In this document: positions 9,283 to 17,955 of the stretch, one piece after another | Layout of the letters: the number at the start of each line of letters is the position of its first letter | How positions within the stretch are numbered: position 1 is the first letter of the stretch | NCBI GenBank assembly: GCA_016186645.1 | Contig: JACPLF010000010.1 | Location: 10,269 to 74,268, forward strand | Source: Candidatus Levyibacteriota bacterium | GTDB lineage: Bacteria; Patescibacteriota; Microgenomatia; Levybacterales; UBA12049 | DNA: 64,000 nt | Direction: 5' to 3' | The notes under the pieces: generated by a model | Told to the model about the DNA's origin: nothing | Database searches by the model: none | The model's input: the letters and a program-made list of their open reading frames with translations, nothing else | Translations under genes and position numbers: made by a program

Positions 9283-10449
9283 ATGGTAAAAAAAATACTG
9301 TTTGCACTTTTTCTTCTTGGAATATTAGTTTTCTTTAGCCCCTCAATAATTGTTCGTGCTGCAGAGTGCGATGACAAAGCTGGTCAAGAAAAAGTTGATT
9401 GTTTGCAAAATAAAGTTAATGACCTAAAAGGTCAGACCAAAACCCTCTCCTCGCAAATCTCCATAATGGATAGCCAGATTAGATTAACAGAAGCAAGGAT
9501 AGAAGCAAATGAAAGAGATATATTGGATTTAACATTGGATATAGATACCACAACTAAAAAAATAATTACCCTTCAAGATTCTTTGGAAAAAATTGCAGAA
9601 GTATTAATAAATAGAGTTGTCGCAACATATCAGGCAGGAAGAGTGCATCCATTGGAAATACTTCTATCATCTTCCAATGCCTCTAATTTGTTAACAAGAC
9701 TTAACTATCTAAGAATTGCACGAGACCATGACAAACAACTTATGATAGATGTCCAGCAAGCAAAAAATGATTATGCAAATCAAAAAGAAATTTTCGAAGC
9801 AAAGAAGAAAAAAATTGAAACGCTTAAATTGCAGCTTGAAGCATACAATAAAAATTTAGCGCAACAAAAAGTTGCAAAACAGCAGCTTCTTATCGCAACG
9901 CAAGCTGATGAGACAACTTACCAACAGCTTCTTGCGCAAGCTAAAGCTGAACAGGCTGTAGTTTTTGGTGGAGGAGTAGATTCATATCTGCGAGATGTTA
10001 ATCAAGGTGATGCTATTGGCTTTATTGCTTCCCATGGTGTTAGTCCTGGGTGTTCATCGGGAGCTCACTTGCATTTCGAAGTTCAGAAAGATGGCTCAGT
10101 CCAAAATCCTAATAATTATTTAAAATCAGCTAATTTTTCATACGATTACGGGTCTGATAGCTACAGTTACTATGGAACAGTTAATCCTTCAGGAGACTTA
10201 CCATGGCCGTTGAATGACCCATTGATTGTTCATCAGGGGTATGGTTCTCACGGATTTGCCCAAAACTTCTATTCAGGCGGCGTCCACACTGGATTTGATC
10301 TGGATTCCGGATCATCAACAGTAAAAGCCGTAAAATCGGGAAAACTTTATGGAGGATCATATAATTGTTCTAACGGAAAACTTTATTATGCAAAAGTTAT
10401 CCATGACAGCGGATTGGTTACTTGGTATTTACATACGGTAGCAAATTAA
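9283..10449 (+). CDS. Secreted coiled-coil (EnvC/PcsB-like) protein with circularly permuted M23 peptidase
   Basis: Signal peptide, long coiled coil, GAHLHFEV followed by HTGFDL; downstream of ftsEX. Confidence 0.75.
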   Translation: MVKKILFALFLLGILVFFSPSIIVRAAECDDKAGQEKVDCLQNKVNDLKGQTKTLSSQISIMDSQIRLTEARIEANERDILDLTLDIDTTTKKIITLQDSLEKIAEVLINRVVATYQAGRVHPLEILLSSSNASNLLTRLNYLRIARDHDKQLMIDVQQAKNDYANQKEIFEAKKKKIETLKLQLEAYNKNLAQQKVAKQQLLIATQADETTYQQLLAQAKAEQAVVFGGGVDSYLRDVNQGDAIGFIASHGVSPGCSSGAHLHFEVQKDGSVQNPNNYLKSANFSYDYGSDSYSYYGTVNPSGDLPWPLNDPLIVHQGYGSHGFAQNFYSGGVHTGFDLDSGSSTVKAVKSGKLYGGSYNCSNGKLYYAKVIHDSGLVTWYLHTVAN

Positions 10450-10458
10450 AATTGACAG

Positions 10459-11331
10459 ATGAAGGCAGTAATTGCCCTTATTGCGTTTTTATTTTTTCTG
10501 CATTTTGTCAGACCTGCTTTAGCTGTAGAACTTTTATCTGATGGATTTGAAAGCGGTATTGGGTCCTGGTCATCGTCTGGAGGAGGAGCAACAGCTACTA
10601 TTTCAGCAGAATTAGCAAGAACTGGAATCTATTCTTTAAAAGTTCAACATGATAAAACTTCTTCTTATGGTTTTCAAAAAACTATTTCCAATACGGAAGG
10701 AGGAATGTTTTATAGAGCATCCGGGTATGGAAAAACAACAGATGTGAATGTTGCCAGCTATTTTATTCGTATTGCGTGGTACGCAAGTACAGATGGGTCT
10801 GGTTCTCAACTATCATCCCCTAACGATAGTAATTCTTCAACAACTATAAATGGGGATTGGGTTCTCTTGACAATAGATTCTATTCAAGCTCCATCAACCG
10901 CTAATTCTGCGAAGGTTCGTCTCGTTTTAACTTCAGTATCATCTGGGCAAACAGCCTATGTGTATTTCGATGATATTCTTTTTGAAGAATCAATTGCTCC
11001 AACTTCGACTCCTACCCCAACACCTTCACCCACCAATACTCCAACCCCAACCAAAACACCCACTCCATCACCAACTCATAGTCCAACTCCCACCCTAACC
11101 CCGAAACCATCGACAGCATCTTTGTCCGGAGAAATTCTGCCAACTGCAGTTTTAGGAGAAAGTATCGAAAGTGACTTAGTTGGGAAAAATGTCTTGATAT
11201 CTAACAAATCTAAAAATCCAAATGCAAACTTTCAAAAAATGTCCATTGCCATTGGAGGGATATTTTTAATTGCGTGTGCTATACTGTTTTTCCGATTTTA
11301 TCTTAAAAACAAAAAGCAACAGGAAGTCTGA
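10459..11331 (+). CDS. Surface protein: CBM4-like beta-sandwich, Pro/Thr linker, C-terminal TM
   Basis: Signal peptide, GFESG..W, YFDDI, (PT)n at about 10997-11110, TM plus basic tail. Confidence 0.7.
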   Translation: MKAVIALIAFLFFLHFVRPALAVELLSDGFESGIGSWSSSGGGATATISAELARTGIYSLKVQHDKTSSYGFQKTISNTEGGMFYRASGYGKTTDVNVASYFIRIAWYASTDGSGSQLSSPNDSNSSTTINGDWVLLTIDSIQAPSTANSAKVRLVLTSVSSGQTAYVYFDDILFEESIAPTSTPTPTPSPTNTPTPTKTPTPSPTHSPTPTLTPKPSTASLSGEILPTAVLGESIESDLVGKNVLISNKSKNPNANFQKMSIAIGGIFLIACAILFFRFYLKNKKQQEV

Positions 11332-11367
11332 AAAACTCTAATGATACATATCATTAGAGTGGATGAT

Positions 11368-11796
11368 ATGAAGATTAAGGAAAAAGTTTTTATTACAAAA
11401 AATTCTCAGGAGACGAAAAAATTGGGTCGTGATTTTGCAAAGACATTAAAAAAAGGGGATGTTGTTTGTTTGTACGGAGATCTGGGATCTGGTAAAACAA
11501 CTTTTACTCAAGGTCTCGCTGAAGGGTTAGGAATTAAAGAAAAAATAATTTCTCCAACTTTTCTAATTATTAGAACTTATCCGCCGAAAAATTTTTACCA
11601 TGTTGATTTATATAGAGTTGCAAACAATAATCTACAGGAATTAGGATTACAAGAAATCTTAAAAGATCCTTCAAATATTACTGCAATTGAGTGGGCGCAG
11701 AACTTGAAAGAAGAATTGCCCAAAAAAAGGATAGATATTATCTTTTCTCATGAAAAAGAAAATACAAGAAGAATTACGTTTAGTTTGACAACATAA
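11368..11796 (+). CDS. tsaE: tRNA threonylcarbamoyladenosine biosynthesis ATPase TsaE
   Basis: GDLGSGKTTF, SPTF, HVDLYR, IEWA; start 11341 or 11368. Confidence 0.93.
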   Translation: MKIKEKVFITKNSQETKKLGRDFAKTLKKGDVVCLYGDLGSGKTTFTQGLAEGLGIKEKIISPTFLIIRTYPPKNFYHVDLYRVANNNLQELGLQEILKDPSNITAIEWAQNLKEELPKKRIDIIFSHEKENTRRITFSLTT

Positions 11797-11813
11797 TCTT
11801 TGTGTGGTATACA
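11785..11813 (+). promoter_or_regulatory. Sigma70-type promoter
   Basis: TTGACA-17 nt-TATACA, 17 nt upstream of ATG 11831. Confidence 0.55.
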
Positions 11814-11830
11814 TTGTTCGCTGGGACAAC

Positions 11831-12022
11831 ATGAATTACACAATTGAGACTAACCTGCTTAATGTAAAAGAAGTATCTAGTATTTTAAAATTAAGCGTCT
11901 TGACAGTTTATAGATATATTTCAGAAAAAAAACTTAAAGCAATACAATTTGGAGGACGGTATCTCATAAAAAAATCTTCTCTAGATCAATTCGTTAAGGA
12001 AAGAAAAACAAAAAGCTCCTAA
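11831..12022 (+). CDS. Small excisionase/MerR-like HTH protein (HTH_17)
   Basis: LLNVKEVSSILKLSVLTVYRYISEKKLKAIQFGGRYLI. Confidence 0.85.
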   Translation: MNYTIETNLLNVKEVSSILKLSVLTVYRYISEKKLKAIQFGGRYLIKKSSLDQFVKERKTKSS

Positions 12023-12049
12023 TTTTCCTCAATCAGATATAATTAGCGT

Positions 12050-12961
12050 ATGGAAAAAGAAATTGAAAAGGCTATAGAAATTTTAAAAAATGGAGGAATA
12101 GTTATTTTCCCAACAGATACAGCAATCGGAATCGGCTGCAGAATTGATAATCAAAAGGCAGTTGAAGAATTATTTAAAATTCGCAAAAGGCCAAAAACCA
12201 AAGCTGTCCCTGTTTTGTTTAGCAGTATAGACATGGTGAGAAAATATGTTAAGGAAATTCCGCAAGATGCAGAAAAATTAATGCAAAAATATTGGCCGGG
12301 AGCACTTACTTTAATACTGTATTGTAATAAGGTGAAGGTGCCATCGCTGGTTCGGGGAGGGGGACAAACTTTAGGAGTAAGAATTCCCAATAATAAAATT
12401 ATTAAAACAATTATTGCTCAAGTTGGTATGCCAATTTTAGGTCCATCAGCAAATTTTTCTGGTGAAAAAACTCCTTTTACATTTGGAGAATTAAATCCAA
12501 AGCTTGTAAGTTTAGCGGATTACGTTTTAAATGTGAAAGTAAATTCTGAAAGCAATGTTTCGACTATAATTGATTGTACAATTGAGCCTTGGAAAATTAT
12601 AAGAGAAGGAGCAGTAAAAGTTCAAAGTTCAAAGTTCAAAGTTCAAAGTTGTGTTTTGTTAATAGATACTGCGGATAGTAAACAAATTACGGTAGGATTA
12701 AGAATTGATGGTCAAAAGTATATCAATACAAAAGAAATAAAATCTAATAAGACACAAGTCATTCTTCCCATGATTGATGAAATATTGAAAAAACACTCAT
12801 TAAAGCCAGAAGATATTTGCGAAATACAGATTAATGCCGGACCCGGATCGTTCACGGGCATAAGGGTGGGACTTGCCATAGCAAATACCTTGTCTTTCGT
12901 ACTCAAAATCCCAATTAATGGGAAAAAAGTAGGTCAAATAATTTTACCAATTTATAAGTGA
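12050..12961 (+). CDS. tsaC: TsaC/Sua5 threonylcarbamoyl-AMP synthase fused to a short TsaB-like domain
   Basis: FPTDT, WPGALT, PSANFSG, STIID; then LLIDT...GPGSFTGIRVGLAIAN (TsaB). Confidence 0.88.
   Translation: MEKEIEKAIEILKNGGIVIFPTDTAIGIGCRIDNQKAVEELFKIRKRPKTKAVPVLFSSIDMVRKYVKEIPQDAEKLMQKYWPGALTLILYCNKVKVPSLVRGGGQTLGVRIPNNKIIKTIIAQVGMPILGPSANFSGEKTPFTFGELNPKLVSLADYVLNVKVNSESNVSTIIDCTIEPWKIIREGAVKVQSSKFKVQSCVLLIDTADSKQITVGLRIDGQKYINTKEIKSNKTQVILPMIDEILKKHSLKPEDICEIQINAGPGSFTGIRVGLAIANTLSFVLKIPINGKKVGQIILPIYK
12617..12650. repeat. 7-bp tandem repeat (AAAGTTC)x4.9, in frame
   Basis: Encodes KVQSSKFKVQS between the TsaC and TsaB domains. Confidence 0.9.
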
Positions 12962-12974
12962 TATAATCAAAGTA

Positions 12975-13823
12975 ATGAAAGATTTTCTGTCTCATCTTTT
13001 CACGCCACGTGAATCCAATAATCATAGGGCAAAAATCTTACACCATACAAATTTGTTTTTAACTATAATATTCCTTCTTCTCTCAAGCCTTCTGATACAG
13101 AGAATAAAGGTAAATTTTCCCTCAGTTCTAGGAATAAAAGCAGATATTTCCGCTGAAGAGCTTCTTTCTTTGACCAATAAAGAAAGACAGAGTGCCGGCG
13201 TTGGTTCCCTAGTCTTGAATGAGAAACTTTCTCAGGCTGCTTTGAAAAAGGCAGACGATATGTTTGAATATAATTATTGGGCACACAGCTCGCCGACTGG
13301 TAAAACTCCCTGGATTTTTATTACAGCCTCAGGATATAAATATGTTTATGCAGGTGAAAATTTGGCAAGAGGATTTTCCAATGCGGAAGATGCGGTGAAG
13401 GCATGGATGGCAAGTCCAGACCACAGAAACAATATGCTCTCGTCAAACTATCAGGATGTGGGATTTGCAGTAAAAATCGGAAAATTAAATGATGAAGAGA
13501 CAGTTTTGATAGTAGAAGAGCTTGGTAGTCTCAACATGCCTATATCTCAAAGTAAAGTTGCCCAAGTTGCAACAGCAGTAGCTCCAGTTGAAAATACGAA
13601 TGTCGGAACAGTTCAGAGGCAACCCCTAGTAAACAGCCAGTCTTTGTCTTCAAACATTTATGTTATCATTATTTCTGTACTTATCTTTGCCCTTCTATTG
13701 GATATGATTATTATAGAGAAAAAGAAAGTCATGCGTTTTGTCGGACACAACATTGATCACATACTGTATCTGCTATTAGTGTTAGTCTTAATTGGCATAT
13801 GGGGTAAGGGGGTTATCATCTAA
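12975..13823 (+). CDS. CAP/SCP-domain membrane protein
   Basis: TNKER, YWAH, GENLA, WMASPDHRNN. Confidence 0.88.
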   Translation: MKDFLSHLFTPRESNNHRAKILHHTNLFLTIIFLLLSSLLIQRIKVNFPSVLGIKADISAEELLSLTNKERQSAGVGSLVLNEKLSQAALKKADDMFEYNYWAHSSPTGKTPWIFITASGYKYVYAGENLARGFSNAEDAVKAWMASPDHRNNMLSSNYQDVGFAVKIGKLNDEETVLIVEELGSLNMPISQSKVAQVATAVAPVENTNVGTVQRQPLVNSQSLSSNIYVIIISVLIFALLLDMIIIEKKKVMRFVGHNIDHILYLLLVLVLIGIWGKGVII

Positions 13824-14092
13824 TGCTTACTAAATTTTACAAACACAGCCTATACTATGTTTTCCTTGTTGTTATTTTATCTCTTGGTTTTTTGCTGACA
13901 CAGAATAATTCCAATAAGACTTTCCAAATAGGAGTGGTAGTTGTAACTACTTTTTTCTATGTTCTCTGGGGCATAATGCATCATTTGATAAATCACGACC
14001 TAAGTATAAAAATTGTGATAGAATATATACTCATTGGTTCTTTTGGGTTAGCAATTATATTTTTTCTTTTGGCAACAAGTGGAAATTATTAG
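13823..14092 (+). CDS. Small hypothetical membrane protein
   Basis: Three hydrophobic segments, YVLWGIMHH; start overlaps the upstream stop. Confidence 0.7.
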   Translation: MLTKFYKHSLYYVFLVVILSLGFLLTQNNSNKTFQIGVVVVTTFFYVLWGIMHHLINHDLSIKIVIEYILIGSFGLAIIFFLLATSGNY

Positions 14093-14095
14093 TTT

Positions 14096-14824
14096 ATGAA
14101 AGGTGTAATTTTAGCAGGAGGGCTCGGGACAAGGCTCTATCCCTTAACTCATGTAACCAATAAACATCTTCTTCCGGTTTATAATAAACCGATGATTTTC
14201 TATCCTATTCAAACTCTGGTTAACGCTGGGGTAACAGATATCTTAATTGTAACGAGTGGCCCTCATGTTGGCCATTTCTTAGGGGTTTTAAAAAATGGAA
14301 AAGAATTGGGCGCTACCCATTTGGAATATGCCTATCAAGAAAAGCCGGATGGGGGTATCGCCGACGCACTTTCTCTTGCACAAGATTTTGCAGACAAAGA
14401 TTCAATTGCGGTTATTTTGGGAGACAATACAACAGATGCGGATATTTCAGAGCCAGTTAAAAGATTTAAGGATGGCGCAGTGGTTTTTCTTAAAAAAGTT
14501 CCAGATCTAAAGCGTTTTGGAGTGCCTGAATTTGATCCGAAAAATCCTAAAAACATAATCGAAATTGAAGAAAAACCGGCAAATCCTAAATCTGAATATG
14601 CGGTTACCGGTGTTTATCTTTATGACAATAATGTTTTTGATTATATTAAAAAATGCGATCCCAACTTTGCTGGACGTGGAGAATTGGAAATTACGGAAGT
14701 AAATAATTTTTATATTAAAGCAAAAAAACTTAGTTGGGAAGAATTAAATGGACACTGGAGTGACGCAGGTACATTTGACAGCCTTTTTATGGCCAATGAT
14801 TATTGGGCAACACAAAAAAAATGA
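14096..14824 (+). CDS. rfbA: Glucose-1-phosphate thymidylyltransferase (RfbA/SpsI-like)
   Basis: GVILAGGLGTRLYPLT, NKHLLPVY, RGELEIT, WSDAGT. Confidence 0.88.
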   Translation: MKGVILAGGLGTRLYPLTHVTNKHLLPVYNKPMIFYPIQTLVNAGVTDILIVTSGPHVGHFLGVLKNGKELGATHLEYAYQEKPDGGIADALSLAQDFADKDSIAVILGDNTTDADISEPVKRFKDGAVVFLKKVPDLKRFGVPEFDPKNPKNIIEIEEKPANPKSEYAVTGVYLYDNNVFDYIKKCDPNFAGRGELEITEVNNFYIKAKKLSWEELNGHWSDAGTFDSLFMANDYWATQKK

Positions 14825-15363
14825 GCCGATGGAAAGTTATTTCTCAAAGAACTATTTTTAAGGCAAAGCTTTTCAATCTTAAGGAAATAGAATTTGAGAC
14901 CAAAAATAAAAAAAAGAAAATACATCATCAAGCCGAACGTGTGCCAATCGTCTCTATTTTTCCCCTAACAGATTCATACGAAATCTATTTAATTTCAGAG
15001 TACAGGTATATGTTGGGAAAAACTATTATTGAAGCTGTAGCAGGGCATATAGAAAAAGGAGAAACAACTATTGCTGCGGCAAAAAGAGAGCTTAAAGAAG
15101 AAGCAGGAATTACTTCTCATCAACTTGAAGAAATCGCAAGGGTAGAAATGTCAGGAAGTGTTTTTAAAAGTAAATCTCATCTTTTTCTGGCAAAAGGTTT
15201 AGAAATTGGAGATAATAAGCCTGAGGATGATGAGGAGATCTCAGTTGTTAAAATGCCCCTAAGCGAAGCTGTTGCAAAAGTTATGAATGGGGAGATCAAT
15301 CATTCAACAAGTATGATAGGAATACTAATTCTAGACAAGTTAAGGATGCAGCAAAAGTTATGA
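14821..15363 (+). CDS. NUDIX hydrolase (ADP-ribose pyrophosphatase-like)
   Basis: Nudix box GHIEKGETTIAAAKRELKEEAG. Confidence 0.88.
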   Translation: MSRWKVISQRTIFKAKLFNLKEIEFETKNKKKKIHHQAERVPIVSIFPLTDSYEIYLISEYRYMLGKTIIEAVAGHIEKGETTIAAAKRELKEEAGITSHQLEEIARVEMSGSVFKSKSHLFLAKGLEIGDNKPEDDEEISVVKMPLSEAVAKVMNGEINHSTSMIGILILDKLRMQQKL

Positions 15364-16370
15364 AACTGTTGGTAACAGGTGGTGCAGGATTTATAGGCTC
15401 AAATTTTATTCTTTACTGGATGAAAAAATACCCTCAGGATCAGATTGTAAACTTGGATAGCCTTACTTATGCTGGTAACCTAGAGAATCTTAAGGAAATT
15501 GAGAAAAATCCCAACTACAGTTTTATTCATGGAGATATTTGTGATTTAGACGTTGTTGAAAGATCCATGGTGGGAGTTGATTGGGTTGTCCATTTTGCTG
15601 CAGAAAGCCATGTGGATCGTTCTATCAAAGAGCCGTCACCTTTTGTTATGACAAATGTGATAGGAACACATTTCCTTTTAGATGCGTCCTTAAAGAATAG
15701 AGTAAAAAAATTCCACCATATTTCAACTGATGAAGTCTATGGAAGCCTTAATCTTTCTGATCAGAGTAAGTTTAATGAACGAACAAATTACAATCCCAGA
15801 AGCCCTTATTCAGCAAGTAAAGCAGGCTCAGACCATTTGGTAAGGGCATATAATAAAACTTATGGGTTACCAATTACTATAACGAATTGTTCAAATAATT
15901 TTGGACCATATCAATTTCCGGAAAAGTTTATTCCACTGGCAATAACTAACATTTTAGAGAATAAAAAGGTCCCAGTTTACGGAGACGGCTTATATGTAAG
16001 GGATTGGCTTTATGTTCTTGACCATTGTCATGCCATAGATTTAGTTTTAAATAAAGGCAAAGTTGGTGAAACATATTTGGTTGGAGGAATGACCAATGAT
16101 ATTTCTAATCTTGAGGTTATTAAAAAAATATTAAAAATAATGGGAAAAGATGAGGGTTTTATAGAGCACGTTAAAGATAGACTTGGGCATGACCGCCGCT
16201 ATGCAGTTGACTGGTCAAAAATAAAAAATGAATTGGGATGGAGACCGCTTCACAATTTTGACGAATGGCTTGAAAAAACTGTTGAATGGTACAAAGCAAA
16301 TGAGAAGTGGTGGAAAGATGTTAAAACAGGCGCATATCAAGAATACTACAAAGAGCAATATGGATCGTAG
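15360..16370 (+). CDS. rfbB: dTDP-glucose 4,6-dehydratase
   Basis: GGAGFIG, AAESHVDRSI, STDEVYG, YSASK, GHDRRY. Confidence 0.95.
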   Translation: MKLLVTGGAGFIGSNFILYWMKKYPQDQIVNLDSLTYAGNLENLKEIEKNPNYSFIHGDICDLDVVERSMVGVDWVVHFAAESHVDRSIKEPSPFVMTNVIGTHFLLDASLKNRVKKFHHISTDEVYGSLNLSDQSKFNERTNYNPRSPYSASKAGSDHLVRAYNKTYGLPITITNCSNNFGPYQFPEKFIPLAITNILENKKVPVYGDGLYVRDWLYVLDHCHAIDLVLNKGKVGETYLVGGMTNDISNLEVIKKILKIMGKDEGFIEHVKDRLGHDRRYAVDWSKIKNELGWRPLHNFDEWLEKTVEWYKANEKWWKDVKTGAYQEYYKEQYGS

Positions 16371-16434
16371 AAGGCAACAGGTTAAAAAACTTTGCATTTT
16401 TGATAGACATTTGAGATAATGCTAAAATTAATCT

Positions 16435-17046
16435 ATGCAGTCCGAACATGGGTCATCTGTTCATGAATCGAAGCCTGAAAGAGGATCATTTTCTCCAGAA
16501 GTTGTTAGGAGATTAAAGCAAGAAGGTTATCAAATTTTTACTTTGGACGGCGATTCACTGAGGATTTTGCAAGAAAAAAGAAAAATATCAAGTTCATATG
16601 CTGCTGACTATTTTAATATCAATGATGGGCATTCAGAGCTAAGGCAAATTGCAATTCTGCCGAATCAATTATTTTTGCCCGTTTTGCCAGTAAAAGAAGT
16701 ATATAAACCAGGTTCATTTCCACATATTCCTAGAAAAACTTTTCAACAGCAAGAAAAGGATGTAGAAGAGTATTCCAGACGTTTCTCTAAAACAATTGGA
16801 GGTACGAAGGCTATCATTGGTCAGATTTCCGATTATGCTGCAATTGCGTCTCTATATCTTGAGGAATCTGAGAATTATATTTTTGATGCGTTTCTTTATG
16901 TCCAAGATAGATCTCCTAAGGGGGATAATCTTTTGGCTTTTGTTGGTAGACATATGGCTGGAATAGGTGTGAGCGTGTATCAATGGGATGCTCATTTAGA
17001 CGGAAATCGACAGCCTAAAGTTGCTCCACTTATAATTCCTGCTTAG
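16435..17046 (+). CDS. Hypothetical orphan-like protein
   Basis: 203-aa ORF with TGCTAAAAT 6 nt upstream; no recognised motif. Confidence 0.6.
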   Translation: MQSEHGSSVHESKPERGSFSPEVVRRLKQEGYQIFTLDGDSLRILQEKRKISSSYAADYFNINDGHSELRQIAILPNQLFLPVLPVKEVYKPGSFPHIPRKTFQQQEKDVEEYSRRFSKTIGGTKAIIGQISDYAAIASLYLEESENYIFDAFLYVQDRSPKGDNLLAFVGRHMAGIGVSVYQWDAHLDGNRQPKVAPLIIPA

Positions 17047-17092
17047 TTTTATTTTGTTTCAAAAGAACTATTTCTGATTTTTCAAGCTTAAG

Positions 17093-17134
17093 AGATGGTG
17101 TAATGATTAAGTGAAGATTTTGGGAACGGGATAA
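17093..17134 (+). pseudogene. Decayed duplicate of the rfbD promoter and first 7 codons
   Basis: 17093-17132 matches 17938-17977 at 32/40 with no gaps; reads GTG AAG ATT TTG GGA ACG GGA TAA. Confidence 0.65.
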
Positions 17135-17136
17135 AA

Positions 17137-17160
17137 TTCAACAGTTTGAATCATTGAACC
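17137..17160. repeat. 24-bp imperfect palindrome, copy 1
   Basis: TTCAACAGTTTGAATCATTGAACC, identical at 17638-17661. Confidence 0.9.
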
Positions 17161-17168
17161 GATAGATA

Positions 17169-17627
17169 TCAAAACTTCTCTCTTTTGAGTTTTCTCCTAA
17201 GCAATTCTTTTCCTTTTTTACTTTTCCTTTCAAATCCTATGCTTTCAAATCGCTTTGGCGGAGATAGTCTTATTAATATTTCTTCTATGTTGTCAATTAA
17301 CGCTTGTTTACTTTGCGCTCTCAATATATTCTCAACGACTTTTCTATAGCCGCCTTTTCCATGTTTTAGCCAGAGCGAAACATTCATGATGGTTGCACGG
17401 GAGACTTTTAATGTGTGGTCAATATACTCGTAAGTTTTACCCTTGGTCAACAATACCGCTATTGCCAGGCGTTTTATGAGCATAATTTTTTCTGCAGGAG
17501 AAAGTAAGTCTTCAATAAAATTTTTTGCCTCAACGGGAGTTTTTATATCGACAACTGTTTTTAAAAAAACCTCAAAGATAGTATTTTCTAATTCCTTGTC
17601 AAGAAATCTTCTGGAAATTTTTGACAT
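17169..17627 (-). CDS. TrpR-like (YerC/YecD) HTH protein
   Basis: FIEDLLSPAEKIMLIKRLAIAVLL..TYEYI..LKVSRATI..V..L..GKGGY; ATG at 17627. Confidence 0.85.
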   Translation of the reverse strand: MSKISRRFLDKELENTIFEVFLKTVVDIKTPVEAKNFIEDLLSPAEKIMLIKRLAIAVLLTKGKTYEYIDHTLKVSRATIMNVSLWLKHGKGGYRKVVENILRAQSKQALIDNIEEILIRLSPPKRFESIGFERKSKKGKELLRRKLKREKF

Positions 17628-17637
17628 CTTACAATAG

Positions 17638-17661
17638 TTCAACAGTTTGAATCATTGAACC
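17638..17661. repeat. 24-bp imperfect palindrome, copy 2
   Basis: Identical direct repeat of 17137-17160, 10 nt upstream of the TrpR-like start. Confidence 0.9.
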
Positions 17662-17726
17662 ATTATCAGCATAGTTCAGATAGTTAAATTTGTCAAATAT
17701 TAAAGTATTAAATGTTGTGAAATAAT

Positions 17727-17892
17727 TTATCCGCCTTCGCAGAAAACCACGGGTTTACCCGTGGATGAATACACAAAAATGCTTCGGCGGATGTCGCCCA
17801 AATGGAGTAAGGCGGATAACCCTTCCGTAGTTCTGCATTGCAGAACGAAGGAGGGTATTATGGGAACAACGGCTTTAGCCGTGGGGCTCCAT
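17727..17892. mobile_element. Composite non-autonomous palindromic element with IS200/IS605-like end hairpins
   Basis: TTATCCGCCTT...AAGGCGGATAA, CCACGGGTTTACCCGTGG, CCCTTCCGTAG...CGAAGGAGGG, ACGGCTTTAGCCGT; GC-rich, no credible ORF. Confidence 0.6.
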
Positions 17893-17955
17893 AAAAACCC
17901 ACACTTTTGACAATACACGTTTATGTATATTTTGAAAAGATGATATAATTTTGTA

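Noticed and set aside
10997-11110. Possible nucleotide tandem repeat
   Set aside because: Degenerate codons of an ordinary Pro/Thr linker
17137-17661. CRISPR interpretation of the 24-bp direct repeats
   Set aside because: Only two copies, separated by a whole gene; no cas genes or array seen in the window
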